DNA from: an uncultured virus (IMG/VR IMGVR_UViG_3300018023_000193) | Lineage: Duplodnaviria; Heunggongvirae; Uroviricota; Caudoviricetes | Reading direction: 5' to 3' (one strand) | Length of the DNA stretch: 64,000 bases | IMG/VR virus record: IMGVR_UViG_3300018023_000193 | Part shown: positions 1 to 9,180 of the stretch, in pieces | How positions within the stretch are numbered: position 1 is the stretch's first letter | Layout: each line of letters opens with the position of its first letter | Made by a program: the position numbers and the translations under genes | Notes under the pieces: generated by a model | Databases searched by the model: none | What the model was told of the DNA's origin: nothing | The model's input: the letters and a program-made list of their open reading frames with translations, nothing else

Positions 1-1
1 A

Positions 2-169
2 TCCAACTTAAGCCTTATAGGATGCCGTTTAATAGACATTAAGACCCACCAAGGGCGCGTGAAAATCGCTGCGCCGATAGTTGATTTTTGTGTAACAAAA
101 CCCCCCATTAAAGGGGGTTTTGACGCAGTTTATTTGACTTTGGCGACCACTTTGTTTAGCATAAATTGA
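2..169 (+). mobile_element. Probable 3' end of an IS200/IS605-family TnpB gene and right-end/omega-RNA hairpin (truncated by window edge)
   Basis: Open frame 2 (SNLSLIG...GRVKIAAPIVDF..KPPIKGGFD); AGGGC...GCCGATAGT followed by hairpin CAAAACCCCC/GGGGGTTTTG (96-122) ending in TTGAC, resembling IS605-type right ends. Confidence 0.45.
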
Positions 170-266
170 TCACAGCCCCTGGGGTTTTGTGCTGGAGACC
201 GTCATTACTGCTCATAATAAATATATTTGAAAACAAACCCCAAATATTATCAGGAGATAATTTTTA

Positions 267-3200
267 ATGGATACACCTATTGAAGTGAAAAATAATGTAG
301 GCACACATGCTAAACCAAATGATCCCAAACGTTTTGAAATCCAAAATGCAACTATAATTGCCCTTAAAACTTTTAAAGGAAATGAAGTTCGTATATCATT
401 TTTTGACGGAGCTAAATTAGAGGTTATAGGTGATAAATTTGCAAAATATCATGTCACATTTTTAGATGCTATTACTAATTCAATAATTTATCAAGTTGAT
501 TTAGATAAGAATACACCAAATGTATATTGGTGCCAATCAACAATTAAATATTTTATAAATTGGAAAATTTTATTAACAGAAGATGATATACCAGTTATTG
601 ATTATTATTTTAATCCCAATAAACAAAAAGTTTTTATTCAATTTTGTAGTAATGCATTAGGAGATACATTGGCATGGATTCCTTATGTAGAGGAATTTCG
701 TAAAAAACATCAATGTGATGTTAACGTAGCAACTTTTCATAATGAAATTTTTGAAAAAGTTTATCCTAATTTGAAATTTTATACTCCTGGATCTAATATT
801 TCCGGGTGTTATGCATTATATATGATTGGAGTATTTGATAATGATTATAGTAAAAATAAAAATAATTGGAGAACTATTCCTCTTCAACAAGTAGCTTCAG
901 ATTATCTTGGTTTAGATTACAAAGAAATTAAACCTAAAATTTGTCGGCCGACAAATCCTAGACCCATTCCAGAAAAATATGTTGCTATTGCCGAATTTTC
1001 AACATTTGATTGTAAGGAATGGTTACATACAGGCGGATGGCAAAAGATTGTTAATTATTTAACAGATCAAGGATATAAAGTTGTATCTGTATCTAAAGAA
1101 CCATCTAAATTGCAAAACATAATTAAATTCAATAACCGAGATCTTTTAGAAACAATCCATAATATTCAACATGCTGATTTTTTTATTGGAATATCTTCTG
1201 GTTGTTCTTGGTTAGCTTGGGGTCTTGATGTTCCAACAATTATTATTTCAGGTCCAACTGCTCCTTTTGTAGAAATGAAAGATTGTTATCGAGTTATTAA
1301 TTTAAATGTATGTAATAGTTGTATGAGCGATAAAGATGCATCTTTTGATCGTGGTAATAGAAGATTATGTCCTCGTAATAAAAATTTAGAATGTTCTACT
1401 GCAATTACGCCAGAAATGGTTATTTCAGCATTTGAGCGTGCTGTATCTGATAAAAAATTAAATATTACTCCAGTAAATAAAATTGGAAAAGAAAAAATAT
1501 TATTTATTACACCTCATATGTCAACTGGTGGATTACCTCAATATCTATATGGTTGTGTAAAAGATTTAAGATATTCTGGTTGTGATGTTGTGGTTGTAGA
1601 ATGGCAAGATATTGCTCCTATATTTGATGTCCAAAAACGAAAAATAAAGAAGATTTGCCAATTTTATTCATTGGATGGAGATCGCCATAAACAATTACAA
1701 AATATTATCCAAGATTTTGAACCTAATATAATTCATATTGAAGAATTTCCTGAATATTTTATGCCAGATGAAACTATTCGTATGATTTATAATTCTCAAC
1801 GGCAATATAAAATATTAGAAACATCTCATGGAGCATGTGTTGTCCCTCCTCAACAAAAAAGATATTTACCAGATCGTTTTGTATTTGTTAGTCCGTGGCA
1901 TGTTAAAATGTATGAACATTTAGGAGTACCTATAAGTATTGCTGAATATAAAACGGAACCACATATACGTCCTCCACGTGAAGCTGCTTTAGGTAAATTG
2001 GGTTTAGATCCTGGAAGATATCATGTTTTAAATGTTGGCCTTTTTACACCAGGTAAAAATCAAGGAGAACTTTTTGAAATTGCTCGGCAACTTCCAGACA
2101 TTCAATTTCATTTTGTAGGTAATCAGGCTCCTAATTTTAAAGATTATTGGGAACCATTAATGAAAAATAAACCAGAAAATTGTGTCATTTGGGGAGAACG
2201 TCATGATACAGAAAATTTTTATGCGGCATGTGATTTGTTTTATTTTTCTTCTAAATTTGAATTATTTCCCATTGTAATTAAAGAAGCATTATCTTGGAAT
2301 ATGCCAATTATGATGAGAAATTTAGAAACATATTGTGGTTCTTATGTCGCTGGAGAAAATATTACTTTTATTGAAAATAATATTGGTAATATGGTTGAAA
2401 AAATTCGTTATATGTTTCCATCTTTAGGTGATTCTTTATTAACCAGTTATTATTCTACTCCAGAACCAAAACCAAATAAATTAGTTGATATTCAACCCAT
2501 TAATTTACCTTCAGTTGCCGTGGTGATTCCTAATTATAATTATGGGAAAACTCTTGAAAGAGCAATTTTAAGTGCTCAAGCACAAACAATAAAACCAAAA
2601 GCTATCATTGTTGTAGATGGTGGATCAACTGATAATTCAAAAGAAATTGTTAATCGTTTAGGTGTAACTTGGGTTGAAAATCCAGATGTAAATCAAGGAC
2701 CCGCTAAAAATAGAGGTATTGCAGCCGCTCCACCTGAATGTGAATTTATAGTACCACTTGATTCTGATGATTGGATTGAGCCGGATTATATTGCACAATG
2801 TTTAGGAAAAATGAAAGATGATGTAGCTGTAGTTACACCTGGATTAGTATTTAATGATGGTACTTTAGCATATGGTGATGCTCCATTTACCGTAGAACGT
2901 TTATTAAATAGAAATAGACTATTTAGTTGTTCGATGTTACGGCGATTGGTTGTAGAACAATTAGGTGGTTATTGTGAGGCGGCTTCTTTTAATTGTGTTA
3001 ATGGAACTTATGAAGATTGGGATTTATGGTTAAGGGTTGTTGAAGCTGGATGGAAAATTGAATCTGTTAATTTACCTTTATTCCATTTTACAAGCCGCGG
3101 TCCTTTAGATCGTGATACAAGATATTCTTTAGAACAAGAAGCTACTTGGATTGCACGTATTAAATTACGTCATGAACAAAGAATGAAAGATTTTAATGAT

Positions 3201-4544
3201 AAAATTAATGTTATAGTTTTTTCTAAAGATAGACCAGCACAATTAGATGCTTTATTAGAAAGTATCAAACAAAATTCTAAAGGAATTCAAAATTTATCTG
3301 TTATTTGTAAATATTCAAATGAAGAATTTTTTAAAGGTTATTATCTTGTTGCCACATCTCATCCGAAAGCAAATTTTATTAATCAATCAGAAACGAAATC
3401 ATTAAAACCTTTATTATTACAGGCTTTAGATCCTTCTAAACCATATACGATGATGTTAGTTGATGATGATATTTTTTACCGGCAAATGCCATTTATTCCA
3501 GAATTAGAAAATAATTCTACATATTCTGTTAGATTGGGTAAAAATTGTACATATTGTTATGCACAAAATAAGGCACAAAATGAAGGTGAATTAGATTTTA
3601 ATTATTCATTATCTCTTGATGGGAATATTTATAGAACAGAAGATATACTTCCTAGAATTCAATCTATTGAATTTAATACTCCAAATCAACTTGAAGATAA
3701 ATTATCACAAACACCACCAATAAAATTGCTTTATGCAAATCATAGTTGTTTAGTTGGAATTCCAAACAATATAGTTCAACATGAATATGAGAATCGTTCA
3801 GAAAATGGAGATGTTGAAAAATTAAATAAATTTTTCCTTTCTGGATGGAGGATTAATATTAATGCTATGGATTTTACTTCTGTCCGTGGTGTTCATCAAC
3901 CCATTTTATATAAATTCCAACCAGCGGAGACAATGGATAAATCTTATATTAAACAATTATTACATTCTTATAAAAATCCAATAGTTGTAGAATTAGGAGC
4001 ATATAATGGATCAGATACAAAATGGATTTATGATGCTTGTGTTTGCACACCAAAATATTTTGCTGTTGAACCAGATCCTAGGCATATTTTTCAATTAATT
4101 TGTAATGTTCCTCAAGCTAGAATTATACAAACTGCTATAGCAGATTATACTGGTGAAATTGATTTTAATCTTTCAAATAGTGATGATGGGATAAATGACC
4201 ATTCAAGTTCTATTCTTAAACCTAAAGAACATTTGAAAATGCATCCACAAGTAAAATTTGATAAAACAATCAAAGTTCCTTGTATGACTTTAGATGATTT
4301 AGTTAAAAAAGAAAATATTGACCATATTAATCTTTTATTTGTAGATATCCAAGGAGCAGAAAAAAATCTAATCGAAGGTGGAAAAGAAATTTTGAAAAAG
4401 ACAGATTGGATTTTTATCGAATCTTATGAAAATGAAATGTATGAAGGACAAATACTTAGATCTGAATTATTAAAAATGCTTCCTGATTTTGAAAAGGTGG
4501 GAGAATTTACCGATTCTAATATATTGCTACAACGGAAACGATAA
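267..4544 (+). CDS. Multidomain fusion: Aah/TibC-like O-heptosyltransferase + GT4 + GT2 + GT-like domain + FkbM methyltransferase
   Basis: SNALGDTLAWIPYVEEFRKKHQC, FFIGISSGCSWLAW and CNSC..C..C (TibC-like); NVGLFTPGKNQ/ELFPIVIKEAL (GT4); VVIPNYNYG..VDGGSTD..LDSDD (GT2); VELGAYNG..VDIQGAE (FkbM). Confidence 0.85.
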   Translation: MDTPIEVKNNVGTHAKPNDPKRFEIQNATIIALKTFKGNEVRISFFDGAKLEVIGDKFAKYHVTFLDAITNSIIYQVDLDKNTPNVYWCQSTIKYFINWKILLTEDDIPVIDYYFNPNKQKVFIQFCSNALGDTLAWIPYVEEFRKKHQCDVNVATFHNEIFEKVYPNLKFYTPGSNISGCYALYMIGVFDNDYSKNKNNWRTIPLQQVASDYLGLDYKEIKPKICRPTNPRPIPEKYVAIAEFSTFDCKEWLHTGGWQKIVNYLTDQGYKVVSVSKEPSKLQNIIKFNNRDLLETIHNIQHADFFIGISSGCSWLAWGLDVPTIIISGPTAPFVEMKDCYRVINLNVCNSCMSDKDASFDRGNRRLCPRNKNLECSTAITPEMVISAFERAVSDKKLNITPVNKIGKEKILFITPHMSTGGLPQYLYGCVKDLRYSGCDVVVVEWQDIAPIFDVQKRKIKKICQFYSLDGDRHKQLQNIIQDFEPNIIHIEEFPEYFMPDETIRMIYNSQRQYKILETSHGACVVPPQQKRYLPDRFVFVSPWHVKMYEHLGVPISIAEYKTEPHIRPPREAALGKLGLDPGRYHVLNVGLFTPGKNQGELFEIARQLPDIQFHFVGNQAPNFKDYWEPLMKNKPENCVIWGERHDTENFYAACDLFYFSSKFELFPIVIKEALSWNMPIMMRNLETYCGSYVAGENITFIENNIGNMVEKIRYMFPSLGDSLLTSYYSTPEPKPNKLVDIQPINLPSVAVVIPNYNYGKTLERAILSAQAQTIKPKAIIVVDGGSTDNSKEIVNRLGVTWVENPDVNQGPAKNRGIAAAPPECEFIVPLDSDDWIEPDYIAQCLGKMKDDVAVVTPGLVFNDGTLAYGDAPFTVERLLNRNRLFSCSMLRRLVVEQLGGYCEAASFNCVNGTYEDWDLWLRVVEAGWKIESVNLPLFHFTSRGPLDRDTRYSLEQEATWIARIKLRHEQRMKDFNDKINVIVFSKDRPAQLDALLESIKQNSKGIQNLSVICKYSNEEFFKGYYLVATSHPKANFINQSETKSLKPLLLQALDPSKPYTMMLVDDDIFYRQMPFIPELENNSTYSVRLGKNCTYCYAQNKAQNEGELDFNYSLSLDGNIYRTEDILPRIQSIEFNTPNQLEDKLSQTPPIKLLYANHSCLVGIPNNIVQHEYENRSENGDVEKLNKFFLSGWRININAMDFTSVRGVHQPILYKFQPAETMDKSYIKQLLHSYKNPIVVELGAYNGSDTKWIYDACVCTPKYFAVEPDPRHIFQLICNVPQARIIQTAIADYTGEIDFNLSNSDDGINDHSSSILKPKEHLKMHPQVKFDKTIKVPCMTLDDLVKKENIDHINLLFVDIQGAEKNLIEGGKEILKKTDWIFIESYENEMYEGQILRSELLKMLPDFEKVGEFTDSNILLQRKR

Positions 4545-4554
4545 ATAGGAGTAT

Positions 4555-5301
4555 ATGCTAGGTAACCCAGTTTTCAATTTTCATACTATCGAAAAAATTA
4601 CTAATGCATTTGGATATATTTTTGACGATATTTCTATCCAAAGAATAGATCCTAAAACAAAAGCAGTTAAAACCATTAAAGTACCTCTAAATCAAGCAGC
4701 TAAAGAAAAATGGGGTATTCGTATGGAACAAGATCCAAATGCCGGAAATGAACCTTTACAAAAGCATGTAGAAATTGTTTTGCCTAGAATGGCATTTGAA
4801 TTAACACAAGCACCTCATTTTGATGGAAAAAGAAAATTAAGTTCAATTTATTATCGGGTGGCTTCTTCAGGAAATGGACCTTCAGCATTAGTACAATTAA
4901 ATCCAGTACCAATGTTATTTGATTTTTCATTATATATGCAAGCACGTACTTTAAGCGATTCTTATGCTATTTTAGAACAAATTTTACCATTTTTTAAACC
5001 AGATTATGTAGTATCTATTGATGATATTCCAGAAATGTGTATTAAAAGAGATATTATAATAACTTTGATAAATTCTTCTCATAATGATTCTTATGAAGGA
5101 AATTTTCAAGATAAACGTATTATTGAATGGCAATTTGATTTCCAAGCACAAGGACATATATATCCTCCAATTCGTCAAAAACCTGTTATTACAGATGCTA
5201 CTGTAAATTTAACAGATACAGGAGCTAGTGTAATTGTTACAGCAAATCCAGATACTGGGAATTTGGAAGATCCTTATAATATAGATATTACGGAAGAATA
5301 A
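4555..5301 (+). CDS. gp15: Tail sheath stabilizer/tail terminator (T4 gp15-like)
   Basis: AFGYIFDDI, IKVPL, LPRMAFE, EQILPFFKP motifs; synteny before terminase. Confidence 0.85.
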   Translation: MLGNPVFNFHTIEKITNAFGYIFDDISIQRIDPKTKAVKTIKVPLNQAAKEKWGIRMEQDPNAGNEPLQKHVEIVLPRMAFELTQAPHFDGKRKLSSIYYRVASSGNGPSALVQLNPVPMLFDFSLYMQARTLSDSYAILEQILPFFKPDYVVSIDDIPEMCIKRDIIITLINSSHNDSYEGNFQDKRIIEWQFDFQAQGHIYPPIRQKPVITDATVNLTDTGASVIVTANPDTGNLEDPYNIDITEE

Positions 5302-5309
5302 ATATTTTT

Positions 5310-5840
5310 ATGGCAAATAGAGGACGGCCACCTAAACAGCCCATTGCAACCAAAATTACACAGGCATTAAATATGGCACAAGATGAAATAGATGATTTAA
5401 TGCCATTTGAAGAACAAGAGAAAATTGTACCTGCAATATCTTCACCAGAAGTTGTTGTAGAACCAGCACCAAGACTTACAAAAGAAGCTTCAGATGATTA
5501 TGATTTTGCACGAAGTAATTTACATTCATTATTATTAAAAGGAAATGAAGTTTTAGATGGTATAATGGATGTTGCAAAAGATAATGAACATCCTAGAGCT
5601 TTTGAAGTTGCTGGTGTTCTTTTAAAAGTTTTACTTGAAGGAACTAATGAATTAATGACACTTCAAAAAGATATTCGGAAAGTTCAACAAAATACTACGA
5701 ATATGCCTGAAATACTTTCAGAAAAACCAGGAGATAATACATTCATTTTTGAAGGAACAACAATGGATGCATTGGAATTATTAGAACAGGCTAGAAAGAA
5801 TAAAGCCGAAAAACTTAAAAGTAAAGAAATAGGAAATTAA
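5310..5840 (+). CDS. gp16: Terminase small subunit
   Basis: DDYDFARSNL...EHPRAFEVAG...FEGTT motif; position. Confidence 0.85.
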   Translation: MANRGRPPKQPIATKITQALNMAQDEIDDLMPFEEQEKIVPAISSPEVVVEPAPRLTKEASDDYDFARSNLHSLLLKGNEVLDGIMDVAKDNEHPRAFEVAGVLLKVLLEGTNELMTLQKDIRKVQQNTTNMPEILSEKPGDNTFIFEGTTMDALELLEQARKNKAEKLKSKEIGN

Positions 5841-5842
5841 AT

Positions 5843-7363
5843 ATGAATCCAAATACGGCAGCATTTCCAACAAATATAGCAACAGATACAACTTTACCAA
5901 TTGCAAATGATGATGCCTTTTCAAATTTATCTATTGCTTTAACAAGTTCTTCTGGTACGGCAGCATTTTCAACACCATCAGCATTTATTAATTTACCTTG
6001 TTATATTTCTTTAGATAATGAAATTCTTTTAGCTACAGCAACTTCAGGAACAGGTGGTTTTGTTGTTTCTCGTGGACAACTTGGAACTACACCTGCAACT
6101 CATGCACAAAATACAATTGGTTATGGATATCTTTTTAGTCATTTAGCAAATCAATGGTCGGCCGAAATTAAAGCTATTGAAACTTCTTTAGGAATTAATT
6201 TATCTAATGTAATAGGTACATCAGGTACAGCCGGTGGTGATTTATCTGGTAATTATCCAAATCCTACAGTCGTAACTGTAGGTGGAGCTTCCGCAGGTGA
6301 TATTGCAACTGCGGCTTCAGAAGCTCATGTACAAAATACAGATACAGGAACCGATTCAGATACATTTCAAATTGGTATAAATGGCCCATTACTTAATGAT
6401 GTTGGGGTAGGTTTAGAAGTTAAAGATAAAACAAATTCAACATATCTTGATTTCCGAGTTAAAAATCTTGTTGTATGGGGTAATTTATCTAGTGGTACTT
6501 CAGGTGCTTTGGTTGCTGGTGGTGATTTATCTGGTAATTATCCAAACCCAATTTTAGGTTCTGTAGGAACTGCGGGAACTTTTGGAGATAATGGTCATGT
6601 GGCTGTAATTACTGTAGATTCAAAGGGTAGAATAATTGCAGCTTCAAGTGCTGAGATTACAGGTTCTGCTCCTGGTGGAAGTGCTGGTGGAGATTTAACA
6701 GGTGATTATCCAAATCCAACATTAATATTAGTTGGCTCAGCAGGTACATATGGAGATACAACACATATCCCAGTATTTGTATCTGATAGTAATGGGCGTG
6801 TAGTTTCTGTAACAAATACTTTAGTAACATTTGGTACAGCAGGTGGAGATTTAACAGGAAATTATCCAAGTCCTTCAGTAGCTACAGTTGGTGGTCAAAC
6901 TGCGGTTAATATTGCTTCTGCAACTTCAGCCGGAAATCAAGCAACAAATATTAATACTCCATCTACTTTAGTTCGGAGAGATACTAATGGAGATTTTGCG
7001 GCTAGAAATATAACAGCAAGAATTGTGGCTGGTGGAACCTCTGGAACTTATTCACTTGGAGTAGGAGCAGGAACAAGTGGATCAGCAACTATAACTGGTA
7101 AAGATGCTGCGGGATTAATTTCTATTACAACAGGATCTTCACCAAATACAGCTTCTCCAATTATTACAGTAATTTTTGGTATTAATTTACCAGCCGCTCC
7201 TTCTGCAATCATTTTAGAACCTGGAAATGCTGCGGCGGCCGCTTTAACAACTGCTACTCCATTTGTAACTTCTTTAAGTTCTTCTGGATGGGTATTAGAA
7301 TCAAATTCTGTGGCTCTGGCTGCATTAACTACCTACAATTGGTATTATGTAGTTATAGGATAA
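5843..7363 (+). CDS. Gly/Thr/Ser-rich repeat protein, probable virion fibre or decoration protein
   Basis: Four AGGDL(S/T)G(N/D)YP(N/S)P repeats, VDSKGR/SDSNGR repeats, many GTSG motifs; lies in late operon between gp16 and gp17. Confidence 0.65.
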   Translation: MNPNTAAFPTNIATDTTLPIANDDAFSNLSIALTSSSGTAAFSTPSAFINLPCYISLDNEILLATATSGTGGFVVSRGQLGTTPATHAQNTIGYGYLFSHLANQWSAEIKAIETSLGINLSNVIGTSGTAGGDLSGNYPNPTVVTVGGASAGDIATAASEAHVQNTDTGTDSDTFQIGINGPLLNDVGVGLEVKDKTNSTYLDFRVKNLVVWGNLSSGTSGALVAGGDLSGNYPNPILGSVGTAGTFGDNGHVAVITVDSKGRIIAASSAEITGSAPGGSAGGDLTGDYPNPTLILVGSAGTYGDTTHIPVFVSDSNGRVVSVTNTLVTFGTAGGDLTGNYPSPSVATVGGQTAVNIASATSAGNQATNINTPSTLVRRDTNGDFAARNITARIVAGGTSGTYSLGVGAGTSGSATITGKDAAGLISITTGSSPNTASPIITVIFGINLPAAPSAIILEPGNAAAAALTTATPFVTSLSSSGWVLESNSVALAALTTYNWYYVVIG

Positions 7364-9099
7364 TGAGTACATATTTAGGTAATCCATCTCTTAAAGATAC
7401 GAATGTTCATGTTAAATGGACACCTCAATTATTTGAAAAATTACAAAAGTGTGCCGAAGATCCTGTTTTTTTTATTACAAATTATATTCAAGTTGTTACA
7501 ATTGATGAAGGTGTTACAGATTTTAAATTATGGGATTTCCAGGCCCAATTAGTTAAAACAGTCCATGAAGAACGGTTTGTAATTACCGTTATGCCTCGGC
7601 AATCAGGCAAATCAACTACATTGGTTGCATATTTTTTACATTACGTATTATTTAATAAATATAAAAAAATTGGAATTCTTGCAAATAAGCGAGAAACGGC
7701 CATTGAATTATTAGGAAAAATTCAATTAGCATTTGAATTATTACCTATGTGGCTTCAACAAGGTGTTAAAGTTTGGAATAAAACTCGTATTGAATTAGAA
7801 AATGGATGTATTATTGCAGCTTATGCCACTACGGGCGCATCTGTACGTGGACAAACTTTTAATGTTATCTTTTTGGATGAGTTTGCTCATATTGATAATA
7901 AATTAGCTGATAAATTCTGGACTTCAACTTATCCTGTAATTTCTCAAGGAACAACTTCTAAAATTATTATTGTTTCAACACCTAATGGAGTAAATCTTTT
8001 TCATGATTTATGGGTTAAAGCAAACTTTCCTCATGACCATCCTTTGTGGAATCATTTTCATGCTCTTGAAGTTCATTATACTGAAGTTCCAGGACATGAA
8101 AATCCAGAATGGGCAGAACAAACAATATCAATTATTGGTCAAGAAAGATTTGACCAAGAATTTGGATGCGAATTTATTGGATCTGGTGCTACTTTAATTT
8201 CAGGACGTTTCTTAAAATTAATAGAAACTTTTCCTCCAAAACATTCACAACATTTCTTTGATGTTTGGAAAGACCCTTCATCAACTATAGATGAACCTCA
8301 TATTTATGTAATTTGTGTAGATACAGCCCGTGGAAAACAATTAGATAATTCAGCATTTACAGTCATTGATGTAACAGATTCTCCATATGAAGTAGTAGCT
8401 AAATATTGGTCTAATACAATTCCACCAGTATTATTAGCTGATGAAATTGTTCCTGTAGCTAAAAGATATAATAATGCTTATATTCTTTTAGAAATGGATG
8501 GACCAGGATATCAAGTAGCAGATGATTTACATCATATTCATGAGTATGAAAATATTTTAATGGTAGCTACAAAAGGAAGATCTGGCCAAATTTTAGCAAC
8601 AGGATTTGGAAATGTAGGTAAAAATATTCAACGCGGTGTTAAAATGAGTACACCAGTACGTAGAACTGGATGCGCCAATTTAAAAACTCTTATTGAAAAT
8701 AAAAAATTAATTTTTTATGATGCAGATATTAAAGATGAATTGATTTCATTTGTTTTAAAAAATGACAAATACCAAGCTGATGAAGGTAAAAAAGATGATT
8801 TGGTAATGACACTTGTAGTATTTTCTTGGTTAACAACTCAAAAACATTTTAGAGATTTGGTAGAAGCTAAACTTCGTGAGAGTTTACAAGAAGATTATGC
8901 ACCAAATTTTGAACACGATTTAACACCTTATGGGTGGGTTGATACTGGAATTGAAGAAGAAGAAGAAATTTTAACTAAAGAATGTGTTTGGAAAAGTGCT
9001 CAAAGTGAAATTTGGGATGAATTTTGTAAAAGAGAACAAAGGAAAGCATCTATTGATATGGATAGACTTAAAAGATTACAGGAAGTTGGATGGGCTTAA
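7363..9099 (+). CDS. gp17: Terminase large subunit (start refined to ATG 7363)
   Basis: YLGNP N-terminus, MPRQSGKST Walker A, IFLDEFAH Walker B, DDLVM nuclease motif. Confidence 0.95.
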   Translation: MSTYLGNPSLKDTNVHVKWTPQLFEKLQKCAEDPVFFITNYIQVVTIDEGVTDFKLWDFQAQLVKTVHEERFVITVMPRQSGKSTTLVAYFLHYVLFNKYKKIGILANKRETAIELLGKIQLAFELLPMWLQQGVKVWNKTRIELENGCIIAAYATTGASVRGQTFNVIFLDEFAHIDNKLADKFWTSTYPVISQGTTSKIIIVSTPNGVNLFHDLWVKANFPHDHPLWNHFHALEVHYTEVPGHENPEWAEQTISIIGQERFDQEFGCEFIGSGATLISGRFLKLIETFPPKHSQHFFDVWKDPSSTIDEPHIYVICVDTARGKQLDNSAFTVIDVTDSPYEVVAKYWSNTIPPVLLADEIVPVAKRYNNAYILLEMDGPGYQVADDLHHIHEYENILMVATKGRSGQILATGFGNVGKNIQRGVKMSTPVRRTGCANLKTLIENKKLIFYDADIKDELISFVLKNDKYQADEGKKDDLVMTLVVFSWLTTQKHFRDLVEAKLRESLQEDYAPNFEHDLTPYGWVDTGIEEEEEILTKECVWKSAQSEIWDEFCKREQRKASIDMDRLKRLQEVGWA

Positions 9100-9111
9100 A
9101 GTCTTGGAAAT

Positions 9112-9119
9112 AATAAATA
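9112..9119 (+). promoter_or_regulatory. Late promoter variant for gp18
   Basis: AATAAATA; same variant at 216-223 before the glycosyltransferase. Confidence 0.6.
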
Positions 9120-9180
9120 TTTAATGAATTAGAATTAAAACATAATTGGCAAAAGATTATAAGAATTAAGGAGATACAAG

